Of a DNA stretch of 64,000 nt, positions 9,891 to 18,883 are shown in pieces. Origin of the DNA: Minisyncoccota bacterium (GTDB lineage Bacteria > Patescibacteriota > Minisyncoccia > Phycocordibacterales > UBA9973). The position numbers and the translations under genes are program-made. Every line of letters starts with the position of its first letter. The stretch's first letter is position 1. Below the pieces are notes generated by a model. That model saw nothing but the letters and a program-made list of their open reading frames with translations, was not told the DNA's origin and ran no database searches. The DNA is taken from positions 458,750 through 522,749 of the forward strand of contig JBAZKU010000001.1 in NCBI GenBank assembly GCA_041650615.1, given 5' to 3'.

Positions 9891-10031
9891 ATGGATGAAG
9901 AAGAAAAAGATGAAAATTTAATGATGGATGGTATGGGGAACGAAGATGAACCATTGGATTTGCCGGACGAACCACTTGAGGAAATTGCTGATGATGAAGG
10001 AGAATACGACCCGGACAGCAGATATCATTAA
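9891..10031 (+). CDS. Small highly acidic protein (~46 aa)
   Basis: Hand-read ORF MDEEEKDENLMMDGMGNEDEPLDLPDEPLEEIADDEGEYDPDSRYH, followed by an intrinsic terminator; coordinates +/-1. Confidence 0.25.
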   Translation: MDEEEKDENLMMDGMGNEDEPLDLPDEPLEEIADDEGEYDPDSRYH

Positions 10032-10033
10032 GT

Positions 10034-10063
10034 AAAAAAACCGCCCTGCCGGCGGTTTTTTTA
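10034..10063. terminator. Bidirectional intrinsic terminator between the acidic ORF and tyrS (A7-ACCGCC-CTGCC-GGCGGT-T7)
   Basis: 6-bp GC stem flanked by an A-run and a T-run between convergent genes. Confidence 0.7.
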
Positions 10064-10066
10064 CTT

Positions 10067-11239
10067 CTATTTAATTTTTATAAATCTTTTCTTCCCTATT
10101 TTAAATTTCATCCCGTTTTCTGGAATAAAATTCACATCTGTTATTTTTTTATTAGTATCAAGATTTGTTATTGCTCCTTCTTCCACTAATCTTCTGAACT
10201 CCCCCTTAGAAGAAAGAATTTTTGCTTCTACTAAAACATCCATTAATGTTTTTCCTTTTCCTTTCAACTCTGTCATTTCTTCCGGAATTTCTTTTTTTTG
10301 AAAGGTATTGATAAAATTTTCTTCGGCTTTTTGGGCTTCTTTTTCTCCGTGGTAAATTTTTACTATTTCATAAGCAAGTTTTGTTTTTTGGTCACGAGGA
10401 CTCTCTTTTATAAAATCATTAAAATCAAGATTTGTACAAATCTCAAAACCTGAGGCAATCATACTATCAGGCCAACTCATTACTTTGCCGAACATATTCT
10501 CAGCTGAGTCGTTTAAGGTTACCATATTTTCTTCGGTCTTTCCCATCTTTTTACCAGTTGGGTCCGTTAATAATTTTGTAGTTAAAACAAACATTTCTTT
10601 ATTTTTTTTCTTTTTCATTAAATCGCGCCCGGCAAGCATATTAAACATTTGATCATTCCCGCCAATTTGAAGATCAACATCCATGGTCACGGCATCATAT
10701 GCCTGGAAAATAGGATAAAGAAACTCGTGAGCATAAACTTCTCGGCCAGTTTTAATTCTTTCCTGAAACATGTTTCTAGTAAGTAAATTTGAAACGGTAA
10801 AATGAGCGGCTAACTCTAACATATCTTTTGGGGTAAGTTTATTTGTCCATTTTTCATTATAAACAAAACGAATATTTGATTTCTTTAAATTCAAAATTTT
10901 GCTAATTTGTTTTTTATATCCGCTCGCATTCTCTAAAACCTGTTTATGTGTTAAAGGTTTTCTGGTCGCTTGTTTATCTGTGGGATCTCCAATCTGTGCA
11001 GTAAAATCACCAATCAAAATAATAATTTCATGGCCAAGATCTTGAAATTTTTTTAATTTAAGAAACTGTACTAAATGACCAAGGTGTAAAGTATTGCCTG
11101 TCGGATCAATCCCAAAATAGAGTTTGATTTTTTTACCGGACATTAAAATTTTTTTCAGCGCATCTTTATTAGGGTAGACGTTCTCCACCCCACGGTTTAA
11201 AATTTCATTTATTTTTTCTTCATCTACGATGACTTTCAT
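10067..11239 (-). CDS. tyrS: Tyrosyl-tRNA synthetase
   Basis: Class I HIGH (HLGH) and KMSKS-like (KKMGKT) motifs, C-terminal S4 domain. Confidence 0.9.
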   Translation of the reverse strand: MKVIVDEEKINEILNRGVENVYPNKDALKKILMSGKKIKLYFGIDPTGNTLHLGHLVQFLKLKKFQDLGHEIIILIGDFTAQIGDPTDKQATRKPLTHKQVLENASGYKKQISKILNLKKSNIRFVYNEKWTNKLTPKDMLELAAHFTVSNLLTRNMFQERIKTGREVYAHEFLYPIFQAYDAVTMDVDLQIGGNDQMFNMLAGRDLMKKKKNKEMFVLTTKLLTDPTGKKMGKTEENMVTLNDSAENMFGKVMSWPDSMIASGFEICTNLDFNDFIKESPRDQKTKLAYEIVKIYHGEKEAQKAEENFINTFQKKEIPEEMTELKGKGKTLMDVLVEAKILSSKGEFRRLVEEGAITNLDTNKKITDVNFIPENGMKFKIGKKRFIKIK

Positions 11240-11278
11240 AGTTCGGATTATATCACATTTTTTGCTATAATTAGAAGG

Positions 11279-13804
11279 ATGGAAAAGGGATTCAGGGAAA
11301 TAGGAATTTCGAAAAATCTGCTAATGTTTATAGCTGGTTTCTTTATTTTAGCGATTAGTACTGGAATTATTTGGGCTTCTTCTTTAAAAATTCCTGATTT
11401 TCACTCTTTTGAAGACAGGAAAGTCGTAAATTCCACTAAAATATACGACCGTACTGGGCAAGTTTTGCTTTATAATATACACAATGATATAAAAAGAACA
11501 AATATCCCCTTTGAACAAATGGGCGCAAACATTAAGAATGCAACCGTAGCTATTGAAGATTCCGAATTTTATAATCATAGCGGGATACGAATAACCTCTA
11601 TTATTAGGGCGATTCTTTCAAATTTATTTCAAGTTGGAATAGGCGGTGGTGGTTCAACCATAACTCAACAGTTGGTTAAAAATACTCTTTTAACTCAAAA
11701 AGTAAGCTATGTCAGAAAAATAAAAGAATGGATATTGGCAATAAAAATAGATAATTCAATTCCAAAGGAAAAAATTTTGGAAGCTTATTTAAATGAAAAC
11801 CCTTACGGTGGGAATATTTATGGAATAGAAGAAGCGGCTAAGACTTATTTAAACAAAGATGCGGCAAGCTTGACTCTGGCCGAGGCTGCTTATTTAGCTT
11901 CTATCCCGCAATCTCCAACCATACTCTCCCCTTACGGGAAAAACAGAGAAAAATTAGATACCAGAAAAAATTTGGTTCTTTCTAGAATGTTAACTCTTAA
12001 TTTTATTACCCAAGAAGAATATGACATCGCTAAAAATGAAGTAGTAAATTTTGTCCCACAATCAACTGTTGGAATTAAAGCTCCCCACTTTGTCTTTTTT
12101 ATCAAAGATTATCTTGAGCAAAAATACGGAAGCGAAATAGTGGAACAAGGCGGGCTTAAGGTCACTACCACCCTTGATTACAATTTACAAGAAAAGGGGG
12201 AACAAATAGTAAAAGATGGAGCTCTCCAAAATGAAAAAGACTGGAACGGGAAAAATGCCGCACTCGTAGCAATAGATCCGAAAACCGGGCAAATTTTGAC
12301 CATGATAGGTTCAAGGGATTATTTTGATAAAACAGTGGATGGAAATTTTAATGTTGCTACCGCGGACAGCCCAGGTAGACAACCTGGCTCTTCTTTTAAG
12401 CCCTTTATATACGCTACAGCCTTCAATAAAGGGTTTACCCCCGACACAGTGCTATTCGACCTACCCACGGAATTTCAAACAACCTGTGACGCTTATGGAA
12501 AAGCTTTGCCCGGACACAACCAGAAAGATTGCTATAAACCAGAAAACTATGATAATAAATACCGCGGACCAATAAAATTAAAAGATGCCTTGGCTCAATC
12601 CATAAACATCCCGGCGGTAAAACTTTTTTATTTGTCTGGGCTTAGAAACTCGCTTAAAACAGCGGAAGACATGGGTATCAGCACTTTGACTGATGTAAAT
12701 CGTTACGGCCTTACTCTTGTTATTGGAGGTGGGGAAGTTTCTCTTCTTGATATGACTTCCGCCTATGGGGTTTTTGCCAATAATGGTGTAAGAAATCCAT
12801 ATACCGGAATCTTGAAAGTTGAAGATATGAATGGAAATATTTTGGAGGGGTATATTCCAAATGCTAAAGAAGTTTTGCCTAAAAACACTGCTTTAACTAT
12901 TTCAGATATCCTTTCCGATAATACAGCTAGATCACCAACCTTTGGCTTAACTTCTCCTCTTTTTATCCCTGGGAAAGATGTTGCGGTAAAAACAGGAACT
13001 ACAAATAATAATAAGGATGCTTGGACTATTGGTTACACCCCCTCAATAGTTGTCGGTGTTTGGGCAGGAAATAACGATAATGAGGTAATGAAAAAAGGGG
13101 GTTCGGCGGTAGCAGGACCAATTTGGAATAGTTTTATAAATGAAGCGTTAAAAACCTTGCCAAATGAAAAATTTGAAGCACCTAATTGGGAAAGTGATCC
13201 AAAAACAGTGAAACCGGTGCTTCGTGGGTATTGGCAAGGAAATGAAAACTTTTTTATAGATAAAATTTCTGGCAAGTTGGTAACCGAATTCACACCAAAA
13301 GAGACAACAATAGAGAAAGTGGTAACCAATGTACACTCTATTCTTTATTGGGTAAATAAAAACGATATTTTAGGACCACCACTTGCAGACCCAAGCGATG
13401 ATTCACAATTCAATCATTGGGAAATTCCGGTACAAAATTGGTGGGTGCAAAATAAAGGAAAATATTCAATAACGACATGGGCTGAAAAACCAACAATGGT
13501 TGATAATGTACATACTGCTACGTCTAAACCTATTATCTCAATAATTAAACCTGATACAACAACAATTTACTCCCCTGATCAAAAAATACAACTATTAGTA
13601 TCTAATTCCGGCAATTTCCCGCTTCAAAAAATAGATATATTCATAAATGACACTTTTATAGACACTATCAAACCACCTTTTAATTTTTCTTTTATCCCTG
13701 AGGAATTAGATAGTCTGAAATCTGAAAACACCTTAAAATTAATTTCTTATGATACCGCTTATAATAATATAGAAAATACTCTGATCTTTCGAGTAAAACA
13801 ATAA
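11279..13804 (+). CDS. Class A penicillin-binding protein (transglycosylase/transpeptidase, PBP1A-like)
   Basis: N-terminal TM, GT51 motif EDSEFYNHSGI, transpeptidase SSFKP and KTGT motifs, C-terminal extension. Confidence 0.9.
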   Translation: MEKGFREIGISKNLLMFIAGFFILAISTGIIWASSLKIPDFHSFEDRKVVNSTKIYDRTGQVLLYNIHNDIKRTNIPFEQMGANIKNATVAIEDSEFYNHSGIRITSIIRAILSNLFQVGIGGGGSTITQQLVKNTLLTQKVSYVRKIKEWILAIKIDNSIPKEKILEAYLNENPYGGNIYGIEEAAKTYLNKDAASLTLAEAAYLASIPQSPTILSPYGKNREKLDTRKNLVLSRMLTLNFITQEEYDIAKNEVVNFVPQSTVGIKAPHFVFFIKDYLEQKYGSEIVEQGGLKVTTTLDYNLQEKGEQIVKDGALQNEKDWNGKNAALVAIDPKTGQILTMIGSRDYFDKTVDGNFNVATADSPGRQPGSSFKPFIYATAFNKGFTPDTVLFDLPTEFQTTCDAYGKALPGHNQKDCYKPENYDNKYRGPIKLKDALAQSINIPAVKLFYLSGLRNSLKTAEDMGISTLTDVNRYGLTLVIGGGEVSLLDMTSAYGVFANNGVRNPYTGILKVEDMNGNILEGYIPNAKEVLPKNTALTISDILSDNTARSPTFGLTSPLFIPGKDVAVKTGTTNNNKDAWTIGYTPSIVVGVWAGNNDNEVMKKGGSAVAGPIWNSFINEALKTLPNEKFEAPNWESDPKTVKPVLRGYWQGNENFFIDKISGKLVTEFTPKETTIEKVVTNVHSILYWVNKNDILGPPLADPSDDSQFNHWEIPVQNWWVQNKGKYSITTWAEKPTMVDNVHTATSKPIISIIKPDTTTIYSPDQKIQLLVSNSGNFPLQKIDIFINDTFIDTIKPPFNFSFIPEELDSLKSENTLKLISYDTAYNNIENTLIFRVKQ

Positions 13805-13811
13805 TAAATAA

Positions 13812-14069
13812 TTACACTATATCTCGCGGAGTTTTTTTACCCAGAATTTCTTTTAATTTTAAAAAAATTTGATCTTTTTTTAAAAAAATCTCATTTTTAT
13901 AAATAGGTTTTATATTTAAATAAACCGTATTGTTTTTTATTTTTATATCTTCGGATTTTATTTTTACTCCAATAACCTGATATAAAATATCTATAATAGA
14001 ATTTTTTTTAATTTCTTCAGAAAAAAGAATTTTGTTAAAATGTAATAGTAAATCTTTTATTTCAATCAT
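13812..14069 (-). CDS. Small protein downstream of dnaN (possible DUF721-like)
   Basis: 85-aa ORF in the position DUF721 proteins usually occupy after dnaN; weak assignment. Confidence 0.3.
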   Translation of the reverse strand: MIEIKDLLLHFNKILFSEEIKKNSIIDILYQVIGVKIKSEDIKIKNNTVYLNIKPIYKNEIFLKKDQIFLKLKEILGKKTPRDIV

Positions 14070-15163
14070 TTATTCATTGGCATTATAAGATAAGTAAAAG
14101 AATTATCAGAATTTCCTGATATTACTATGGGTTTTGAGGGTTGGTTTAGCTTTATAGAGATACTATCTGTATTTATGGACTGGAAACAATCAAGAAAATA
14201 TTTGTAATTAAAACCAAGTGAAACATCTTCTCCTTTTATGGCGGCATCTAAATATGTTTTATTTTCTCCGATATCATTATTCTGAGACGATAATTCAAAT
14301 ATTTTTTCTTTCTGTGAAATTTTTAGATTTATTTGATTAAATTTATCCGAAAAGATATTTGAAATTTTGAGTGCATTTAATAGATCTTGTTTTAACACCA
14401 CGGCTTCAACCTTAAATTCTTTCGGAATAATTTGACGATAATCAGGGAAAACTCCATCTATAATCCTTGATGTTAAGTAAATATTATTAGAAGAAAAAGA
14501 AATTTGGTTTTTATTAAAACATACTTTTATAACATCCTGTATTTCCCCAAAAATTCTCAATATCTCGGGTATGTTCTTAAAGGGAATAAGTATTCCGGGA
14601 ATTTCTTCAGTATTTTTAATTTTAATTTTTTTCTCTGCTAATCTAAAAGAATCTGTTGAAACAAACACTAAATTATTTTCGTCAGAAAATATATAAACAC
14701 TTGATATTTCGGGTTTTATATCAGATGGAGACGAACTGTAATATACGGACTTTATGCCTTCTATTAATTTTTTTGATTCTATTTCAAAAGTTTCTCCTTC
14801 TACTGCAGGGATAGTGGGAAAATCATCATAAGTCTGGCCTTTTAGTTTTATTCTATTCTTTTTTGTTTTAATTAATAAATTTCCATCTTCACTCTCTAGG
14901 CGTACATTCTCATTTTGAAAAACATTAGAGAAAACACCAGCTAAAACTGCTCCAGAGATGGCAACAATTCCTTCTTTCTCAATTTTTGCAGGAATTTCAA
15001 TCTCTACCCCAATACTTAAATTAGTAGCGCGAAGTTTTAGAGATTTACCTTCTGCTATAAAAAGGATTGAATTCAAAATAGGGAGTGTTAAATTTTTCCC
15101 TGTGATTTTTTCCACTTGTAAAATTCCATTTTTAATTTGTTCAATTCCACATTCTAGTTTCAT
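14066..15163 (-). CDS. dnaN: DNA polymerase III beta sliding clamp
   Basis: 365 aa, three-domain clamp-like sequence, immediately downstream of dnaA. Confidence 0.8.
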   Translation of the reverse strand: MKLECGIEQIKNGILQVEKITGKNLTLPILNSILFIAEGKSLKLRATNLSIGVEIEIPAKIEKEGIVAISGAVLAGVFSNVFQNENVRLESEDGNLLIKTKKNRIKLKGQTYDDFPTIPAVEGETFEIESKKLIEGIKSVYYSSSPSDIKPEISSVYIFSDENNLVFVSTDSFRLAEKKIKIKNTEEIPGILIPFKNIPEILRIFGEIQDVIKVCFNKNQISFSSNNIYLTSRIIDGVFPDYRQIIPKEFKVEAVVLKQDLLNALKISNIFSDKFNQINLKISQKEKIFELSSQNNDIGENKTYLDAAIKGEDVSLGFNYKYFLDCFQSINTDSISIKLNQPSKPIVISGNSDNSFTYLIMPMNK

Positions 15164-15399
15164 ATGTTTATATTTTATATATTTAATTTATTAATACTAT
15201 TAATACTGTTGATAAGTGAATAAGTAATATGTGGGTTGTTTTTTATAGTTATTTTAATAATTTAATATTGATTATGTTTCTAATAATTTTTATTAATCAT
15301 TGGTCTTTTTTTAAAAAAAATATGTTTTTACTTTTTGTGTTTTTTTTATTAACAATTTTTACTTTAATTAATACTGCCTTTTACCCTTTTATTCAACAA
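15164..15399. promoter_or_regulatory. AT-rich dnaA-dnaN intergenic region with DnaA-box-like TGTTGATAA; candidate oriC / DNA unwinding element
   Basis: 236 nt with very low GC; contains TGTTGATAA (one mismatch from TGTGGATAA) at ~15209. Confidence 0.35.
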
Positions 15400-16743
15400 C
15401 TATTTAAACAGAATTCGTATTTGTTCTAGCTCCTGCAGTAATTGTGGGTCATTTTTTAGGTCCGCTTTTATTTTTAAATATGAATGTATTACTGTCGTAT
15501 GGTCTTTACCACCCAATTTTTGCCCAATTAAAGGATAAGACACATTAAAATCTTCCCTAAGTAAATACATTACCACTTGTCTTGCTTTTACTATTTCTTT
15601 TCTTCTGGTTTTTTCATAAACCAAAGACTCTTCCAGTGAATAATAATCACTCACTGTTTTTACTACGTCTTTTATAGCTATATTTTTCTTAGGCTTTATA
15701 TTATTTTTTAATAAATTTTTAACCTCAGGCACCGTAAGAGGTTTATTTTTTAAGCGATATTGGCAAACAATGGTATTTAAACTCCCCTCAAGCTCACGGA
15801 TATTACCTTGGATAGTTTCTGCGACATACTCTACCAAATCTTCTCCTAAATCAACATTGAGATCTCTTAATTTTACCTTTAAAATTGCAAGGCGAGATTC
15901 ATATTCCGGCTCGGAAACATCCACTATCATCCCAGCCGCAAAGCGCGATTTTAAACGATCTGCTAATTCTGGGATATAATTAGGGTGTTTATCTGAAGAG
16001 AATATAATTTGTTTATTGTTTTCATAAAAAGTGTTGAATGTATGAAAAAGTTCTTCTTGAATTTTTTCCATTTTGCCGATAAACTGAATGTCGTCTATAA
16101 TTAAAAGATCATATTTGCGATATTTTTCTTTAAAAGAATTTGCTTTATTGTTTTGTAGAGAATTTATAAAATCAGTGGCAAATTTTTCCAAAGTCAGATA
16201 ATACACCTTTTTATTCGGGTATTTATCTTTTATTGAGTTTCCTATTGCTTGAATCAGGTGTGTTTTACCAAGCCCAGTACCCCCATAAACAAAAAATGGA
16301 TTATATTTTGTTCCTGGGTTCTCTATTATTGCTTGAGAGGCGGCATAAGCAAGTTCATTAAAAGATCCCACAATAAAAGAATTAAAACGATAACGCGGGT
16401 TTAAATTATCTTCTGGATTTATATATAAATCTTTTAAAGGTAATTCCTTATTTATATAAACTTCATTTGTTTTAGGTAATTCCTGTTTCCCGGTTTCTAT
16501 TTTAGTGATAACATACTCCACCGCTCTCATGTTTTCGTATGCATCAGCTATGGTTTTAGTGATAAGTTTATGGTATTTATTTTTAAGCCAATCACGAACA
16601 AATTCGTTTGGCACTCCAACATAAACAATACCTACTTCCTCTTTTAGAATACAAGTGTTTTTAAACCAGGTGCTAAAGTTTGCCTTAGAAACCCCTGCCT
16701 CAATTTCCACCAAACAATTTTTCCAAAGTTGCTTTGTATCCAT
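15400..16743 (-). CDS. dnaA: Chromosomal replication initiator DnaA
   Basis: AAA+ Walker A GGTGLGKTHL, IDDIQF box, C-terminal DnaA-box binding domain. Confidence 0.95.
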   Translation of the reverse strand: MDTKQLWKNCLVEIEAGVSKANFSTWFKNTCILKEEVGIVYVGVPNEFVRDWLKNKYHKLITKTIADAYENMRAVEYVITKIETGKQELPKTNEVYINKELPLKDLYINPEDNLNPRYRFNSFIVGSFNELAYAASQAIIENPGTKYNPFFVYGGTGLGKTHLIQAIGNSIKDKYPNKKVYYLTLEKFATDFINSLQNNKANSFKEKYRKYDLLIIDDIQFIGKMEKIQEELFHTFNTFYENNKQIIFSSDKHPNYIPELADRLKSRFAAGMIVDVSEPEYESRLAILKVKLRDLNVDLGEDLVEYVAETIQGNIRELEGSLNTIVCQYRLKNKPLTVPEVKNLLKNNIKPKKNIAIKDVVKTVSDYYSLEESLVYEKTRRKEIVKARQVVMYLLREDFNVSYPLIGQKLGGKDHTTVIHSYLKIKADLKNDPQLLQELEQIRILFK

Positions 16744-16838
16744 AGGCTATAGATTATACTACACAAATTTTTAATACAATTTTAAAAAACTTATTAACCA
16801 TGTTGATAAACTGTTAATAATTTTTTATAACTTGGTTT

Positions 16839-16867
16839 TTGACTTAAGGCAAGTATTTTAGTATACT
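16839..16867 (+). promoter_or_regulatory. Sigma70-like promoter of rpmH (TTGACT-17nt-TATACT); ATG lies ~7 nt after the -10
   Basis: Consensus -35/-10 with a 17-nt spacer, then ctttaacATG, implying a leaderless rpmH mRNA. Confidence 0.5.
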
Positions 16868-16874
16868 CTTTAAC

Positions 16875-17015
16875 ATGTCACAAACATATCAACCCAAAAA
16901 GAGAAAAAGAGCAAAAGCTCACGGATTTTTAGTCAGGGCTAAAAGTAAAACAGGTCAAAAGGTGCTTTTAAGAAGAAGGAGAAAAGGACGTGCTAAACTC
17001 ACTGTTTCTTCATAG
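16875..17015 (+). CDS. rpmH: 50S ribosomal protein L34
   Basis: Hand translation [46 protein letters not shown] matches the L34 family; absent from the ORF track (too short). Confidence 0.9.
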   Translation: MSQTYQPKKRKRAKAHGFLVRAKSKTGQKVLLRRRRKGRAKLTVSS

Positions 17016-17035
17016 TTTAAGTCTATATATAATTA

Positions 17036-17365
17036 ATGCTTCCTAAAAAAAATAGAGTTGATAGAAAAGGAGTAAACCTTATTTTTAGAAAGGGACGTTT
17101 TGTTACTTCTCCTAGTTTTGCTTTTAAATTTACCAAAATCAATACCGATAAAAATAAAAAACAGATTAGTTTTATTGCCCCAAAGAATATAGCTAAATTA
17201 GCTGTTAAAAGAAATTTACTAAGGAGAAGAGGATATTCTGCCCTAAAAAAATATATAGGTCAGTTCCCCTATGGAATTTTAGGGGTTTTTGTTTTTAAAA
17301 AATATCAAGATAATATTCTAACAATTGAAAATGAAATTAAAGACATTCTTAATAAACTTAATTAA
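17036..17365 (+). CDS. rnpA: RNase P protein component
   Basis: Basic 109-aa protein with RNRLKRR-like motif (KRNLLRRR) right after rpmH. Confidence 0.85.
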   Translation: MLPKKNRVDRKGVNLIFRKGRFVTSPSFAFKFTKINTDKNKKQISFIAPKNIAKLAVKRNLLRRRGYSALKKYIGQFPYGILGVFVFKKYQDNILTIENEIKDILNKLN

Positions 17366-17546
17366 TTTTTACCAGAAATATATTTCTATTTTTAAAAAAA
17401 GAAGTTGCGTTTTTTACCCTACTTGTTCGGAATATACAAAAGAGGCCATAAAAAGATACGGAATTATAAAAGGTTCTTATTTGGGATTTTTACGCATTCT
17501 TCGTTGTCATCCTTGGCAAAAAAATCATATTGATCCCGTGAAGTAA
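17325..17546 (+). CDS. yidD: Membrane protein insertion efficiency factor YidD
   Basis: YPTCSEY...RCHPW motifs; conserved operon position. Confidence 0.85.
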   Translation: MKMKLKTFLINLINFYQKYISIFKKRSCVFYPTCSEYTKEAIKRYGIIKGSYLGFLRILRCHPWQKNHIDPVK

Positions 17547-17585
17547 AAACTTGGATTTTTGAGTGTTTTCGTATAAGATAAGATA

Positions 17586-18329
17586 ATGCTGTCAAATATT
17601 TGGAATACTATTTTATACGGGCCGCTTTTAAACGCATTGGCCTTTTTAGTTTCTATTATCCCAGGTGGAGATATCGGTATTGCCGTTATTATCCTTACTC
17701 TTTTTGTTAAAACTGTGTTATTTCCCCTTTCCCAGCGCTCTATTGAAAGTCAGATCAAAATGAATTTACTTGCTCCGGAACTTAAAAAAATAAAAGATAG
17801 TGGAGTTTCCAAAGAAGAACAGGCAAAACAAACTTTTGAACTTTATAAACACCATAAAACTAATCCTTTTTCCGGATGCCTATTGATTTTTATTCAAATC
17901 CCTATTATTTTTGCATTATATTATGTTTTTTTAAAGGGAATAAACTTAGAAAGCGGGCTGTATTCATTCATTCACGCTCCAGAACATATAAATATGCTTT
18001 TTTTGGGAATTCTGGATATCAGCCAAAAGAATATCTTAATTTTAGCAATACTGGCAGGGATCTCTCAATATTTTCAAGCGAGCCTTATGCCCAAACCGGC
18101 TATTTCAGAAAAAATCGACAAATCTTCTTTCCAAGAAAATATGACCAAAAGCATGCAGACACAAATGAAATATGTTTTCCCATTTATAATTGCCTTTATC
18201 GCTTATAGTGTTTCAGGCGCAGTTGCATTATATTGGATTACGAGTAATATATTTGCCATAGGTCAACAAATGTATGCCAACAAGAAAAAACGATTAGCCA
18301 TTGAAGCAGTAAATAATATTCATGAATAA
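17586..18329 (+). CDS. yidC: Membrane protein insertase YidC/Oxa1 (short form)
   Basis: Five-TM 60-kDa_IMP core, conserved operon position. Confidence 0.85.
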   Translation: MLSNIWNTILYGPLLNALAFLVSIIPGGDIGIAVIILTLFVKTVLFPLSQRSIESQIKMNLLAPELKKIKDSGVSKEEQAKQTFELYKHHKTNPFSGCLLIFIQIPIIFALYYVFLKGINLESGLYSFIHAPEHINMLFLGILDISQKNILILAILAGISQYFQASLMPKPAISEKIDKSSFQENMTKSMQTQMKYVFPFIIAFIAYSVSGAVALYWITSNIFAIGQQMYANKKKRLAIEAVNNIHE

Positions 18330-18864
18330 AATTGAAATGCAAAATTTAATAAAAGAGCTTATTGAAAAAACCACTATCCCAGTAAATAAAATTTCTACAG
18401 ATGAAGATAGGCCTGTTTCTCTCAACTCAAATGGAGACAAAACCACCTGGTTTTCAGTGGAAGTAAGTCAACCGCATTTTTTCTGGGAACGCGGAGGTGA
18501 AGCTCTTTTTGCTATTAATCATCTTGCTCGCAGAATGATTGAAGCCAAAACTCTCAAAATAGCCCCCAAGTCGGACTTAGGGGATTCCCCTAAGTCCGAC
18601 TTGGGGATACCACAAGAAGGATTGGGAATTTTGATTGACATTAATGGTTTTCAAAAAAAACGTATAGAAAATATCCATGCAATAGCGCATATGATGGCCG
18701 AAAGAGCTAGATATTTTAAATCAAACATAGAAGTTGATCCGATGCCAGCCTTTGAACGTAGAATAGTTCATGAATTTTTATCTAGTGCAACTGATTTAAA
18801 AACTGAATCACAAGGCGAAGGTTTTGCCCGCCGAGTAGTTATCAAGTATATAGGGGCTATATAA
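18322..18864 (+). CDS. jag: Jag/KhpB-like RNA-binding protein (KH + R3H)
   Basis: R3H motif RRIVHEFL; contains an in-frame 43-nt perfect palindrome. Confidence 0.8.
   Translation: MNKIEMQNLIKELIEKTTIPVNKISTDEDRPVSLNSNGDKTTWFSVEVSQPHFFWERGGEALFAINHLARRMIEAKTLKIAPKSDLGDSPKSDLGIPQEGLGILIDINGFQKKRIENIHAIAHMMAERARYFKSNIEVDPMPAFERRIVHEFLSSATDLKTESQGEGFARRVVIKYIGAI
18564..18606. repeat. Perfect 20/20 palindrome (CCCCAAGTCGGACTTAGGGG-ATT-CCCCTAAGTCCGACTTGGGG) inside the jag coding sequence
   Basis: Arms are exact reverse complements; encodes the duplicated peptide PKSDLGDSPKSDLG in frame. Confidence 0.75.
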
Positions 18865-18883
18865 TAAAAAATTATTTCTTAGC

